Shown: one piece after another, positions 8,876 to 17,173 of the stretch
Position numbering within the stretch: position 1 is the stretch's first letter
Layout of the letters: each line of letters starts with the position of its first letter
Origin: Spirochaetota bacterium
GTDB lineage: Bacteria > Spirochaetota > Spirochaetia > DSM-27196 > SLST01
Length of the DNA: 34,201 nucleotides
Assembly (NCBI GenBank): GCA_048624115.1
Contig: JBMCTC010000002.1
Span: forward strand, 1 to 34,201
Reading direction: 5' to 3'
Program-made: the position numbers and the translations under genes
Notes under the pieces: generated by a model
Told to the model about the DNA's origin: nothing
Database searches by the model: none
Seen by the model: the letters and a program-made list of their open reading frames with translations, nothing else

Positions 8876-10230
8876 TACCGTTCTCGCAACTCCAGTCGGA
8901 AGGGGATCTTTGTCATTCCGAAGTCATTTCGGATCTGATTCTTCAGGTAGCCGACGTAGCTCTCGGGAATCGCCTTTTTGTGCTTCACGAAGGCTACAAA
9001 GGTCACCGGGAGGCGATTCGTCTGGGTCATGTAGCGGAACTTCGGCCTGCCCCGGTGACCGTGCACCGGCGGCGGCGTGCGCTCGACCCAGTCTGCGAGG
9101 TGGCGATTGAGTGTTCCCGTCTCGACGCGGTGGAGCAGTTGACTCCGCACGTTCTGGATCTCTTTGAGAAGAGACGGGATTCCCGTGCCTTTCTCGGCAG
9201 AGAGCGGCAGGAGCGGCGCAAACGAGATGATCGGGAACATGTAGCGAATGCGGTCCTCTACCGCCTCGAACTGATTCGCGACGTCGGGTAAGAGGTCCCA
9301 CTTGTTGAGTCCGAGTATGAGTCCCCTGCCCCGGTCGACCACGAGGGCGGCGATCTTTTTGTCTTGCTCGCTCAAGCCCTTCTCCGCGTCCACGAGCAAG
9401 ACGACCACGTCTGCCTGCTCGATCGTATCGATCGCTCTGGTAACCGAGTAGTACTCGATGTTCTCCGATACCTTCTTTTTGCGGCGGATACCGGCCGTAT
9501 CGAGGACGTAGAAGTTTACTCCGTTCGCCTCGAACCTGCCCTCGATCACGTCGCGCGTAGTGCCGGGCACCGGAGAGACCATCGAGCTCATCGAGCCGGT
9601 GAGGCGATTGACGAGGGTCGATTTACCGGTGTTTGGCTGCCCAAGCACCGCGATTCTGATTTCACCGGGATCGCTCTCGTCCGGGGCCTGAACGTACTCC
9701 GACTCGCTCGGAAGCGCCACGAGAATGTGATCTACGAGCTCTTCGATTCCTCGCCCATGGGCGCTCGAGATTCCGATGACCGGAGTGATCCCGTACTCGT
9801 AGAAGTCCCAGACCAGGTTCTCGCGCGCTTCGGTGTCGATCTTGTTCACCACGAGCATCATTCTTTCGTTGAACGGACGCAAGCGCTCCATGAACTCGAG
9901 ATCGAGCGCCGTAACGTCGGTAGCGTCGAGTAGCAGCACAATGAGATCGCTCGCCGAGAGCACCGCGATCGCTCGCGCCGAAATGAGCTCGGCAAGCTCG
10001 TCGCGCTCGGTTGTATAGCCGCCGGTATCGACGAGCAAGACACTCCTGCCGCCGAGTTCGGCCTTTACCTCGACCGGGTCGCGCGTCACCCCGGGCGTGG
10101 CGTCGGTGATTGCTCGACGCCTGCCGAGCAGGCGGTTAAAGAGCGTGGATTTGCCGACATTCGGCCGGCCGACTATTGCAACTCGCGGAAGACGACCGGA
10201 GGTAGAGGCTTCATGCGGTTGTGACTCCAA
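8875..10230 (-). CDS. der: Ribosome-associated GTPase Der (EngA)
   Basis: 451 aa with two tandem GTPase domains (GRPNVGKST...DTGG...NKID and GQPNTGKST...DTAG...NKWD). A KH-like C-terminal domain follows. The TTG start overlaps the ptsI 3' end by 20 nt. Confidence 0.95.
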   Translation of the reverse strand: MESQPHEASTSGRLPRVAIVGRPNVGKSTLFNRLLGRRRAITDATPGVTRDPVEVKAELGGRSVLLVDTGGYTTERDELAELISARAIAVLSASDLIVLLLDATDVTALDLEFMERLRPFNERMMLVVNKIDTEARENLVWDFYEYGITPVIGISSAHGRGIEELVDHILVALPSESEYVQAPDESDPGEIRIAVLGQPNTGKSTLVNRLTGSMSSMVSPVPGTTRDVIEGRFEANGVNFYVLDTAGIRRKKKVSENIEYYSVTRAIDTIEQADVVVLLVDAEKGLSEQDKKIAALVVDRGRGLILGLNKWDLLPDVANQFEAVEDRIRYMFPIISFAPLLPLSAEKGTGIPSLLKEIQNVRSQLLHRVETGTLNRHLADWVERTPPPVHGHRGRPKFRYMTQTNRLPVTFVAFVKHKKAIPESYVGYLKNQIRNDFGMTKIPFRLELRER

Positions 10231-11953
10231 AGCGTTCTCCTACGAGGTGACGCAAGAAGCGATCAACCTCTTTGAACGATTTCATCTCCATTGCCTCGGC
10301 TACCACCTCTTCGGCCTCGCGGACCGAGAGTGAGCGAATGATGCGCTTCACTTCGGGAATACTTCCCGAGCTCATGCTCAGCTCGTCAAACCCGAGCCCG
10401 ATGAGCAACACCGTCGCAATGGGATCCCCCGCCATCTCTCCACACATTGCCACGGGAATCCCGTGCGCGTGACCGTTTTCCACGATAATACGGAGGAGCC
10501 GGAGGACACCGGGGTGAAACGGCTCGTAGAGATACGCAATCCGCTGGTTCCCCCGGTCAACCGCTATAGTGTACTGAATCAAATCGTTCGTGCCGACCGA
10601 GAAGAAGTGACTTCTCTTCGCAAGGATGTCGGTGACCATCGCCGCAGACGGTACCTCGACCATAATCCCCACCGGAACGTCGGATGCGATCTCATAGCCC
10701 TCGTCGGCAAGCTCCTTACCAACCTGATCGAGCAATTCCTGGGCCTCCTGCAACTCTTCAAGGCCTGAGATCATCGGAAACATTATGCGAAGCTTGCCGT
10801 GGACGCTACTACGAAGCAGGGCGCGCAACTGCGTCCGAAAAAGGTCGGTATTCGAGAGGCAGTAGCGAATCGCACGCCAGCCCAAGATCGGGTTACTCTC
10901 CGGGACGTCGGGCAGCTGGGGCGCCATCTTGTCGCCGCCGATATCGAGCGTTCGAATTGTCACCGGCTGACCGGGGAGCGCCTCGAGCACCGATCGATAG
11001 GCACGATACTGCTTCTCCTCGTCGGGCAACACGTCGCTCGTCATAAAGAGGAATTCGGACCGATAGAGGCCGATGCCGTCGGCGCCGTGCGTCTGTACAC
11101 CCTCGACCTCCTCGGGGACCTCAATGTTTGCCTTGAGCTGAATGACCTTTCCGTCCTTGGTCTCCGCGGGCAGATCGTGCAGTTGCATGAGTTGTACCGC
11201 GTGTTTCTGCCACTCCTGGCTCAACGCCCGATAGTGCTCGAGCGTCTCGGGGTCGGGATGGAGAATAACCACGCCGTGGTTACCATCTACGATAATGACC
11301 TCGTCCTGTTCGACGTACCGCGAGATCCGGGCCAGACCAAAGACGCTTGGAATATCAAAGCTTCGAGCAAGAATTGCACTGTGCGAGGTTCGCCCACCGG
11401 CGTCAATCGCGATGCCTTTGACCATGCGCTTGTTCATCGCGATCGCGTCGGAAGGCAAGAGGTCGGGACCGACTACGATTACCTCGGCGTCGAGTTCGGA
11501 GAGCGATTTTCGCTCCCAGGCAAGCAGATTGCTCAGCACCCGCCCGCCGGCGTCGTAGAGATCGGAGCTGCGCTCTCGCAAGGCATCGTCCTCGGAGTTT
11601 CGAAGGCGAGCGAGCAGTTGCTGGATTGTCTCGTACATCACCCACTCGGCATTGTGGTGCGTGCGTCTGATTCCACTTTCGACCTGCTCGTGAATCTCAA
11701 CGTCCTTGACCATGAGTACGTGCGAATCGAGAATCGCACGATGGCTTTCGTCGACGCCCTCGTCGTTGGAGTCGCGAATTGCGAGAAGCTCCTGCTCGGT
11801 TGCCTCGACAGCCCGATGGAAGCGCTCAAGTTCCTGGTCGATTTTGTCCGAATCGATGACGTACCGTGGCACGGCTGGGGTGTTGTGCGAGTGGAAATAC
11901 ACTTTACCAATAGCGATTCCAGGAGAGGCCGAGATACCGGTCAGTTTTTTCAT
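10211..11953 (-). CDS. ptsI: Phosphoenolpyruvate-protein phosphotransferase (PTS enzyme I)
   Basis: 580 aa. The N-terminus MKKLTGISASPGIAIGKVY matches enzyme I. The phospho-His region GGRTSHSAILARS is present. The C-terminal PEP-utilising TIM-barrel blocks are present (FSVGTNDLIQYT, CGEMAGDP). Confidence 0.95.
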   Translation of the reverse strand: MKKLTGISASPGIAIGKVYFHSHNTPAVPRYVIDSDKIDQELERFHRAVEATEQELLAIRDSNDEGVDESHRAILDSHVLMVKDVEIHEQVESGIRRTHHNAEWVMYETIQQLLARLRNSEDDALRERSSDLYDAGGRVLSNLLAWERKSLSELDAEVIVVGPDLLPSDAIAMNKRMVKGIAIDAGGRTSHSAILARSFDIPSVFGLARISRYVEQDEVIIVDGNHGVVILHPDPETLEHYRALSQEWQKHAVQLMQLHDLPAETKDGKVIQLKANIEVPEEVEGVQTHGADGIGLYRSEFLFMTSDVLPDEEKQYRAYRSVLEALPGQPVTIRTLDIGGDKMAPQLPDVPESNPILGWRAIRYCLSNTDLFRTQLRALLRSSVHGKLRIMFPMISGLEELQEAQELLDQVGKELADEGYEIASDVPVGIMVEVPSAAMVTDILAKRSHFFSVGTNDLIQYTIAVDRGNQRIAYLYEPFHPGVLRLLRIIVENGHAHGIPVAMCGEMAGDPIATVLLIGLGFDELSMSSGSIPEVKRIIRSLSVREAEEVVAEAMEMKSFKEVDRFLRHLVGERFGVTTA

Positions 11954-11961
11954 GCTGTGCC

Positions 11962-11991
11962 ATCATAAGCCTACTAAAAAAATGCTGTCAA
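11962..11991 (-). promoter_or_regulatory. Putative sigma70-type promoter of ptsI (TTGACA-N18-TATGAT)
   Basis: Minus-strand read: TTGACA (11991-11986), 18-nt spacer, TATGAT (11967-11962). The ptsI ATG begins only 9 nt after the -10, and no Shine-Dalgarno is visible. Confidence 0.4.
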
Positions 11992-12012
11992 ACATGCAAA
12001 AGTAGCGGCGAA

Positions 12013-12915
12013 GTGATTTCTCTCTCTGCCGATACTCTTTGTATGGGACAGTCGGACAAGAAGCGAAGGGCATCCATCGGATTCCTCTTTTGGATCGCCT
12101 TTATCTTGCTCGTAATCGTGATCTTTCTCGCAAATCGAAGCAATATCGAGCAGGTCGTGGAGAATACGGGAATAGTCGATGTGATCCGTGACCGGGTGAG
12201 CACCAACGACGAGCCGGCCGGCGAGGATTCGACCAACGAGGAGCCGGACAGTGAGCCCCTCGTTCTCTTTGACAGTGATCCGGAACCGCCGGCTCGCGAG
12301 CCTGCCCCAGTCGAAACGACCGAGGACACGCCGGCAGCGCCGGAGACGAACGACCCCGAAGCCCCACAGCCGCGGGTCACCGAGCCCGAACCCGAACCAA
12401 CTCCGGAAACGCCTGCAACACGCGTGACGCCAACACGACCCGAGATTCGCCCGCAGCAGCGCGAGCCCTCGCCCGACCCGACTCGACCGAACCGGCTCTC
12501 TGCCAACCTTTACTTCATCAAAGTTGCTGACAATGGCAGAACCTATCCCCAAAAAGTCGTGCGCCCTGTCTACTACGCGAGCAGCCCGCTCACCGAGACA
12601 ATCAACGAACTGCTCGCCGGTCCGTCGTCTTCAGAGCTCGAGAACGGACTGTTGAACCTGATACCGCAAGGCTCGCGCCTTCTGTCGGCTGCAGTCCGCG
12701 ACGGCGTGGCGTACCTCAACTTCAACCAGGAGTTTCGCTTCAACAACCTCGGCGCCGAGGGAACGGTCGGTCAACTCATGCAAATCATCTACAGCTCGAC
12801 CGAGTTTCCAACCGTACAACGCGTCCAGTTCCTGATCGAGGGAGAGCAACTCGACTACCTCGGTGGCGACGGTATCTTTGTAGGCGAGCCACTCGGCAGA
12901 GACGCTTTTAGCTAA
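12013..12915 (+). CDS. Membrane-anchored GerMN-domain protein
   Basis: 300 aa. Basic N-terminus plus TM (KKRRASIGFLFWIAFILLVIVIFL), then a Pro/Glu/Thr-rich linker. The C-terminal GerMN-like domain reads YFIKV...SPLTETINELLAGPSSSELENGLLNLIPQGSRLLSAAVRDGVAYLNFNQEF. The start is uncertain: GTG 12013 or ATG 12043. Confidence 0.8.
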   Translation: MISLSADTLCMGQSDKKRRASIGFLFWIAFILLVIVIFLANRSNIEQVVENTGIVDVIRDRVSTNDEPAGEDSTNEEPDSEPLVLFDSDPEPPAREPAPVETTEDTPAAPETNDPEAPQPRVTEPEPEPTPETPATRVTPTRPEIRPQQREPSPDPTRPNRLSANLYFIKVADNGRTYPQKVVRPVYYASSPLTETINELLAGPSSSELENGLLNLIPQGSRLLSAAVRDGVAYLNFNQEFRFNNLGAEGTVGQLMQIIYSSTEFPTVQRVQFLIEGEQLDYLGGDGIFVGEPLGRDAFS

Positions 12916-12956
12916 TACCGCATGTCGCTGATACCGGAGGCGCGGCCTGCCCCACG

Positions 12957-13673
12957 TTAGGCGCGACAGATGCGCGCAAAAAACTCGCGATTGCCCTTTC
13001 GCCCACGTATGGGACTCTCACAGGTACCGAGCACTTCGATACCACCGTCACGAAGCAGATCGAGCGTTTGCTGCAAAATCACCTCGGCTTGCGCATCGGG
13101 GACGGTGCCGGAGAACTCGGCGGGCGGGTTTGCCCACTCGAATTGTGGCTTGACCAATATGAGGGCGGTGCCGCTCTCGGTGAGCGAGAGCAGATGTTCG
13201 GCAGCACCGGATATCGATCGAAAGCTAAGATCGGCGACTGCGGCGTGGGCGGGTGGTTCGAGTCGGTCCACGGCAAGCAGGTTCGTGCGTTCCATCACGT
13301 GGACGCGGGAGTCGCGACGCAGCGAGTACGCGAGCTGATTGGTTCCAACGTCGACGGCGTGTACGTACGACGCTCCACGTTGGAGCAGGCAATCGGTAAA
13401 CCCGCCGGTGCTCGCTCCGGCGTCGAGCCAGACTCGGTCTGAAGCATCGACACCGAAGTAGTCGAGCGCAAAGTCGAGCTTCTCTCCCCCACGTCCAACA
13501 AATCTCGCCTCGCGTAGCTCAACTTTGGAGCCGGGGGCTACCGGAAGTCTGGGGTCTCGGATACTCGCGTTGTCTACGTAAATCTCTCCACAGAGGATGC
13601 GAGCGTGTAGCTGTTCTCGGGTAAAACCGGGGAAACGCGCGACCAGTTCGTCGAGCAAGCGTTTCGATGCCAT
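12957..13673 (-). CDS. tlyA: TlyA-family rRNA 2'-O-methyltransferase (haemolysin A-like)
   Basis: S4-like N-terminus, then an FtsJ-type SAM motif LDAGASTGGFTDCLLQRGA and VKPQFE. I prefer the ATG at 13673 (MASKRLLDELV), 4 nt after the ymdB stop. The track start at 13709 overlaps ymdB. Confidence 0.9.
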   Translation of the reverse strand: MASKRLLDELVARFPGFTREQLHARILCGEIYVDNASIRDPRLPVAPGSKVELREARFVGRGGEKLDFALDYFGVDASDRVWLDAGASTGGFTDCLLQRGASYVHAVDVGTNQLAYSLRRDSRVHVMERTNLLAVDRLEPPAHAAVADLSFRSISGAAEHLLSLTESGTALILVKPQFEWANPPAEFSGTVPDAQAEVILQQTLDLLRDGGIEVLGTCESPIRGRKGNREFFARICRA

Positions 13674-13677
13674 GGCG

Positions 13678-14469
13678 CTAGAAAAGTGATTGGAACGAGT
13701 AGCGCTCAATAGAGGTTGCCGTGCCGTCGGGACGTGCCGTTACCATCACGCCGTTTAAGGTTGCCGCATTCTCGCTGACCTCGTTTCGTAGTGGCAACTG
13801 AGTCAGCGCGCGACGGACACTCGTTTCTGGGTCAAAGCCAATCACGGCATTTCGCGGCCCGCACGAGCCGAGGTCGGTCTGAAACGCGGTGCCTTTCGGA
13901 AGAACTCTCGCGTCATTTGTCGGCACGTGTGTGTGAGTTCCAACGACAGCGGTTACTTGACCATCGAGGTAGAGCGCAAACGCCTCCTTCTCTTCGGTGG
14001 CCTCCGCGTGGAAGTCTACGAGAATGATCTGCGCCTTTCCCGAGAGCGAGGCAAGTAGGTCTTTGGCCTTCCGAAACGGACAGTCGATTGGCGCCATGCG
14101 AGTTCTGCCCTGCAGATTCAGCACCGCGACAGGCGTATCCCCCACCTGCCCGAGGTAGAGACCGTGCCCATGCGCCCCGGGCGGATAGTTCGCCGGACGC
14201 AGAACCCGCGGCTCATCGTCGAGGGTTCGAAGGACCTCTCGTTGCTGCCAAATGTGGTTTCCCGTGGTCACAACATTCGCGCCGGCCTCGAAGAACGACG
14301 CCAACAGCTCGGGCGTAATCCCAAATCCGTCACTCGCGTTCTCACCGTTCACGACGACAAAATCGGCCCTCGTGCTCTTTATTATTTGCTTCAGATGAGC
14401 AAATACCGCCCGTGACCCTGACTGACCAATCACGTCTCCCAGGATCAGGACGGTAATCTCTCGTGCCAT
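13678..14469 (-). CDS. ymdB: YmdB-like metallophosphoesterase (2',3'-cyclic-nucleotide phosphodiesterase family)
   Basis: MAREITVLILGDVIGQSG, VVVNGENASDGFGIT, TTGNH and VDFHAEATEEK match the YmdB/TIGR00282-type calcineurin-like phosphoesterase. It lies directly downstream of rny, the pairing also seen in Bacillus. The alternative GTG start at 14481 overlaps the rny stop. Confidence 0.9.
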   Translation of the reverse strand: MAREITVLILGDVIGQSGSRAVFAHLKQIIKSTRADFVVVNGENASDGFGITPELLASFFEAGANVVTTGNHIWQQREVLRTLDDEPRVLRPANYPPGAHGHGLYLGQVGDTPVAVLNLQGRTRMAPIDCPFRKAKDLLASLSGKAQIILVDFHAEATEEKEAFALYLDGQVTAVVGTHTHVPTNDARVLPKGTAFQTDLGSCGPRNAVIGFDPETSVRRALTQLPLRNEVSENAATLNGVMVTARPDGTATSIERYSFQSLF

Positions 14470-14480
14470 CTCGGCAGCCA

Positions 14481-16010
14481 CTACCGCGCGTACTCCACAA
14501 TTCGAGTCTCTCGGATCATGGTGACTTTGATTCGGCCCGGATATCGCAGTTGCGATTCAATTCGCTTTGCAATTTCCTTCGCGATCTCTTTCGCGCCGTC
14601 GTCGCTCACCTTCTCGTGGTTGACCATGATGCGAAGCTCGCGCCCCGCCTGGATTGCGTACGCCTTTTCAACGCCTTCGAAGTCTTCAGCAATCTTTTCG
14701 AGATTCTCAAGCCGCTTGATGTAGTTGTCGAGCGTCTCACGCCGAGCACCGGGTCGCGACGCGCTGAGCGCGTCTGCAATCTGCACAATTACCGACTCCA
14801 CGCAGCTGTGAGGAACGTCTCCATGGTGTGCCGCAATACAGTTCACGACACCCGGATCCTCATCGATCCGCTTTACGAGTTCGACTCCGAGTTCGACGTG
14901 ACTCGTGTCTCCGTCACTCTCGATGCCTTTTCCGACATCGTGCAAGAGTCCACCGCGTTTGGCGATGATTACATCGGCACCGAGCTCGGCGGCAAGCATT
15001 CCGGCGAGAATTGCGACTTCCTTGCTGTGCTGCAGAACGTTCTGCCCGTAGCTCGTTCGATACTGCAGCCGACCGAGTCCTCGTACCCCCTCGGGCTTCA
15101 TCTGATGCAGCCCGAGCTCAAAGAGAACCTTCTCGCCCTCTTCGTAAATCGACTGCGAGACCTCTTGAGTCGTCTTTTGAACAACCTCTTCAATTCGCGT
15201 CGGATGAATGCGTCCGTCGGTGATGAGCTTTTCCAAGCTCCGTCGGGCAATTTCTTTCCGCACCGGGTCAAAACACGAGACCACAACCGCCTCCGGCGTG
15301 TCATCGATAATGATATCCACGCCGGTGAGCGTCTCGAGCGTTCGAATGTTTCGACCCTCACGGCCGATTATGCGGCCCTTCATCTCGTCGTTCGGCAGGC
15401 TCACCGATGCAACGGTAACCTCGGCATTGACCTCGCTCGCCATTCGTTGGATGGTCGAAACGAGAATCTCTCTGCCACGACGGTCTGCCGTTACCGTTGC
15501 CTCTTGTTCGATCTTGTTGATGATGCCCTGGGCATCGCGTCGAGCTTCATTTTCGAGCGACTCGATGAGCTGGCGTTTTGCCTCTTCTGCAGTCAGGCTC
15601 GAGATGCGCTCGAGCTCCTCACGCCATCGCGCCTGATTCTCTGCGAGTTCCGCTTCTTGCTGCTCTATTAAACGTTCGCGTTCGGCAAACGTCCCTTGTT
15701 GTCTTTCAACGCTCGCTAGCTTCTGCTCTAGGTTCTCTTCCTTCTGGAGTAGCCGTTTCTCAAACCGTTGCAGGTCTGCACGTTCCTCGCGAAACGCTTT
15801 CTCCTGCTGATTCCGCTCCTTAAGAAGTTCGTCTTTTGTCTCAAGAATAAGCTCCTTCTTGAGTGCCTCTGCTTCCTTAACAGCATCTTTTTTCAGCCGC
15901 TCGGCCATTTGCTCCGAAGCGGTTAATTGGAACCTGGCGTATATCCACCGAATTAGCCAACCTAGAATTACACCAACGAGCGGAAGGACGATCCAAAGCA
16001 ATAGCTCCAT
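14481..16010 (-). CDS. rny: Ribonuclease Y
   Basis: 509 aa. N-terminal TM anchor (MELLLWIVLPLVGVILGWLIRWIY), then a Glu/Lys-rich coiled coil. KH domain GRIIGREGRNIR and HD domain (LLHDVGK...AAHHGD) follow. GGAGGGAG Shine-Dalgarno upstream. Confidence 0.95.
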   Translation of the reverse strand: MELLLWIVLPLVGVILGWLIRWIYARFQLTASEQMAERLKKDAVKEAEALKKELILETKDELLKERNQQEKAFREERADLQRFEKRLLQKEENLEQKLASVERQQGTFAERERLIEQQEAELAENQARWREELERISSLTAEEAKRQLIESLENEARRDAQGIINKIEQEATVTADRRGREILVSTIQRMASEVNAEVTVASVSLPNDEMKGRIIGREGRNIRTLETLTGVDIIIDDTPEAVVVSCFDPVRKEIARRSLEKLITDGRIHPTRIEEVVQKTTQEVSQSIYEEGEKVLFELGLHQMKPEGVRGLGRLQYRTSYGQNVLQHSKEVAILAGMLAAELGADVIIAKRGGLLHDVGKGIESDGDTSHVELGVELVKRIDEDPGVVNCIAAHHGDVPHSCVESVIVQIADALSASRPGARRETLDNYIKRLENLEKIAEDFEGVEKAYAIQAGRELRIMVNHEKVSDDGAKEIAKEIAKRIESQLRYPGRIKVTMIRETRIVEYAR

Positions 16011-16041
16011 CTTCTCCCTCCACTACTATTTGTAATGCAAC

Positions 16042-16070
16042 AAAATAGCCTGAATAGGGAATTCTGTCAA
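16042..16070 (-). promoter_or_regulatory. Putative sigma70-type promoter of rny (TTGACA-N17-TATTTT)
   Basis: In the only clearly AT-rich intergenic stretch (16011-16131). Minus-strand read: TTGACA (16070-16065), 17-nt spacer, TATTTT (16047-16042). About 30 nt of leader with GGAGGGAG precedes the ATG at 16010. Confidence 0.45.
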
Positions 16071-16131
16071 TGGAGTAATATATTGAGTTATTGGCGCAAT
16101 TAGAATTGCGGTGTAGTGGCAGGACGGGTTA

Positions 16132-16755
16132 CTACAAGTCTATGTCTGAGAGGGTGAAGCGCAGCTCAGTTGCCGTCTCCAGGTCCACTCCTTTGCGGAC
16201 ATACCGATCTCCGTCAACGTCCACAAGGACCACGTCTACGATGAGCGACGAGAGTTCGTCGGCAGCAACGCGCAATCGGTAACGTTCGGCGACTCGAAGC
16301 CGTGCATCCTCGAGAAGACTTTCGGCGGCGTCCGTTGAACGACCTCGCGGAACGACGTAAATCTCGGCGATCTCGTAGTTCGTGTCGTTGACGATGTCGA
16401 GCCAGCCAACAGAGGCGAGCGCGGCTGCACCCGTTCCAGCGGAATCTGGGCGCAGCGTCAGTCGTTGGTCTGCAGTCGGCCGCCAGCCCCACACAACAAT
16501 CTCTTGCTCATTCTCATCAATCGCTCGCAGATCATAGGCGGCAGCACCGCGCAGCGTCAGGGTGATGCTTCCGCCCGGCGCGAGCACCGAATCACCGAGC
16601 CGGTCAAGTCCCCAGGACGTCGCATCCTCGGGAGATACGTAGAGAAACACAAGTGTCACGCCGGTCTGATTGACGACCTCGAACGTCACTTGTTGAGCCG
16701 ACAGCGCGACACCGAGCGCCACGAGCACACCGCAAACAGCACAAAGCTTCTTCAT
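16132..16755 (-). CDS. Secreted protein with two tandem copies of an uncharacterised beta-rich domain
   Basis: Internal ATG at 16755 gives MKKLCAVCGVLVALGVALSAQQ, a clear signal peptide. The 149-codon upstream extension in the ORF track overlaps a plausible plus-strand gene and has no protein-like features. The mature part shows two similar halves: VTFEVVNQTGVTLVFLYVSP... and WLDIVNDTNYEIAEIYVVP... Confidence 0.6.
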   Translation of the reverse strand: MKKLCAVCGVLVALGVALSAQQVTFEVVNQTGVTLVFLYVSPEDATSWGLDRLGDSVLAPGGSITLTLRGAAAYDLRAIDENEQEIVVWGWRPTADQRLTLRPDSAGTGAAALASVGWLDIVNDTNYEIAEIYVVPRGRSTDAAESLLEDARLRVAERYRLRVAADELSSLIVDVVLVDVDGDRYVRKGVDLETATELRFTLSDIDL

Positions 16756-16812
16756 AACTGCCCTTGACCCCCGGCTCGAATATACCACCGCGACGGCGGT
16801 TGCTCCACAACC

Positions 16813-17067
16813 GTGAACACGGTAGCATGCAGTGTGGGAAAACGAGACGGAGACGAGATCATTCTCAACAACGAAATAGAAGCAAGGCTGCTCTCCTCTC
16901 TCCTCGAGGAAGAGGAGATACCGCACTTCCTTCGCAGCTATCACGATTCGGCATACGACGGAATCTTTCAGTCCCAACTCGGATGGGGCAGAATAGAGGC
17001 GGATCCGCGCCATCGAGACCGGATTAAGGAGATATTGAACGACCTTCGGGCGGAGCAGAACGGTTGA
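16813..17067 (+). CDS. Small acidic protein, DUF2007-like (putative signal-transducing fold)
   Basis: 77-84 aa, with GTG starts at 16813 or 16834. EIILNNEIEARLLSSLLEEEEIPHFLRSYHDSAYDGIF...GWGRIEADPRHRDRIKEILNDL resembles the small DUF2007 family. It sits 106 nt upstream of cysD on the same strand. Confidence 0.5.
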   Translation: MNTVACSVGKRDGDEIILNNEIEARLLSSLLEEEEIPHFLRSYHDSAYDGIFQSQLGWGRIEADPRHRDRIKEILNDLRAEQNG

Positions 17068-17173
17068 AAAGGGTCGATATCGCCCATTTAGGTGAATTTT
17101 TGATGAAATTCGGTCGGTGACCGACTGAAAACGCTGACGAAACTGTAAAGCTTGTGTATCGTTCCTCATATTC

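Noticed and set aside
10799-11968. 389-aa plus-strand ORF
   Set aside because: It lies entirely antisense to ptsI, whose translation is unmistakable. The antisense product is Arg/Gly/Val-rich with no motifs. This is a typical shadow ORF in GC-rich DNA.
14463-15671. 402-aa plus-strand ORF
   Set aside because: It is antisense to rny (clear KH and HD domains on the minus strand). It has no recognisable motifs, so it is a shadow ORF.
17110-17124. Hairpin TCGGTC-GGT-GACCGA in the cysD 5' region as a riboswitch or attenuator
   Set aside because: It has only a 6-bp stem, no U-tract and no recognisable riboswitch core. The intergenic region (106 nt) is too short and featureless for a confident call.
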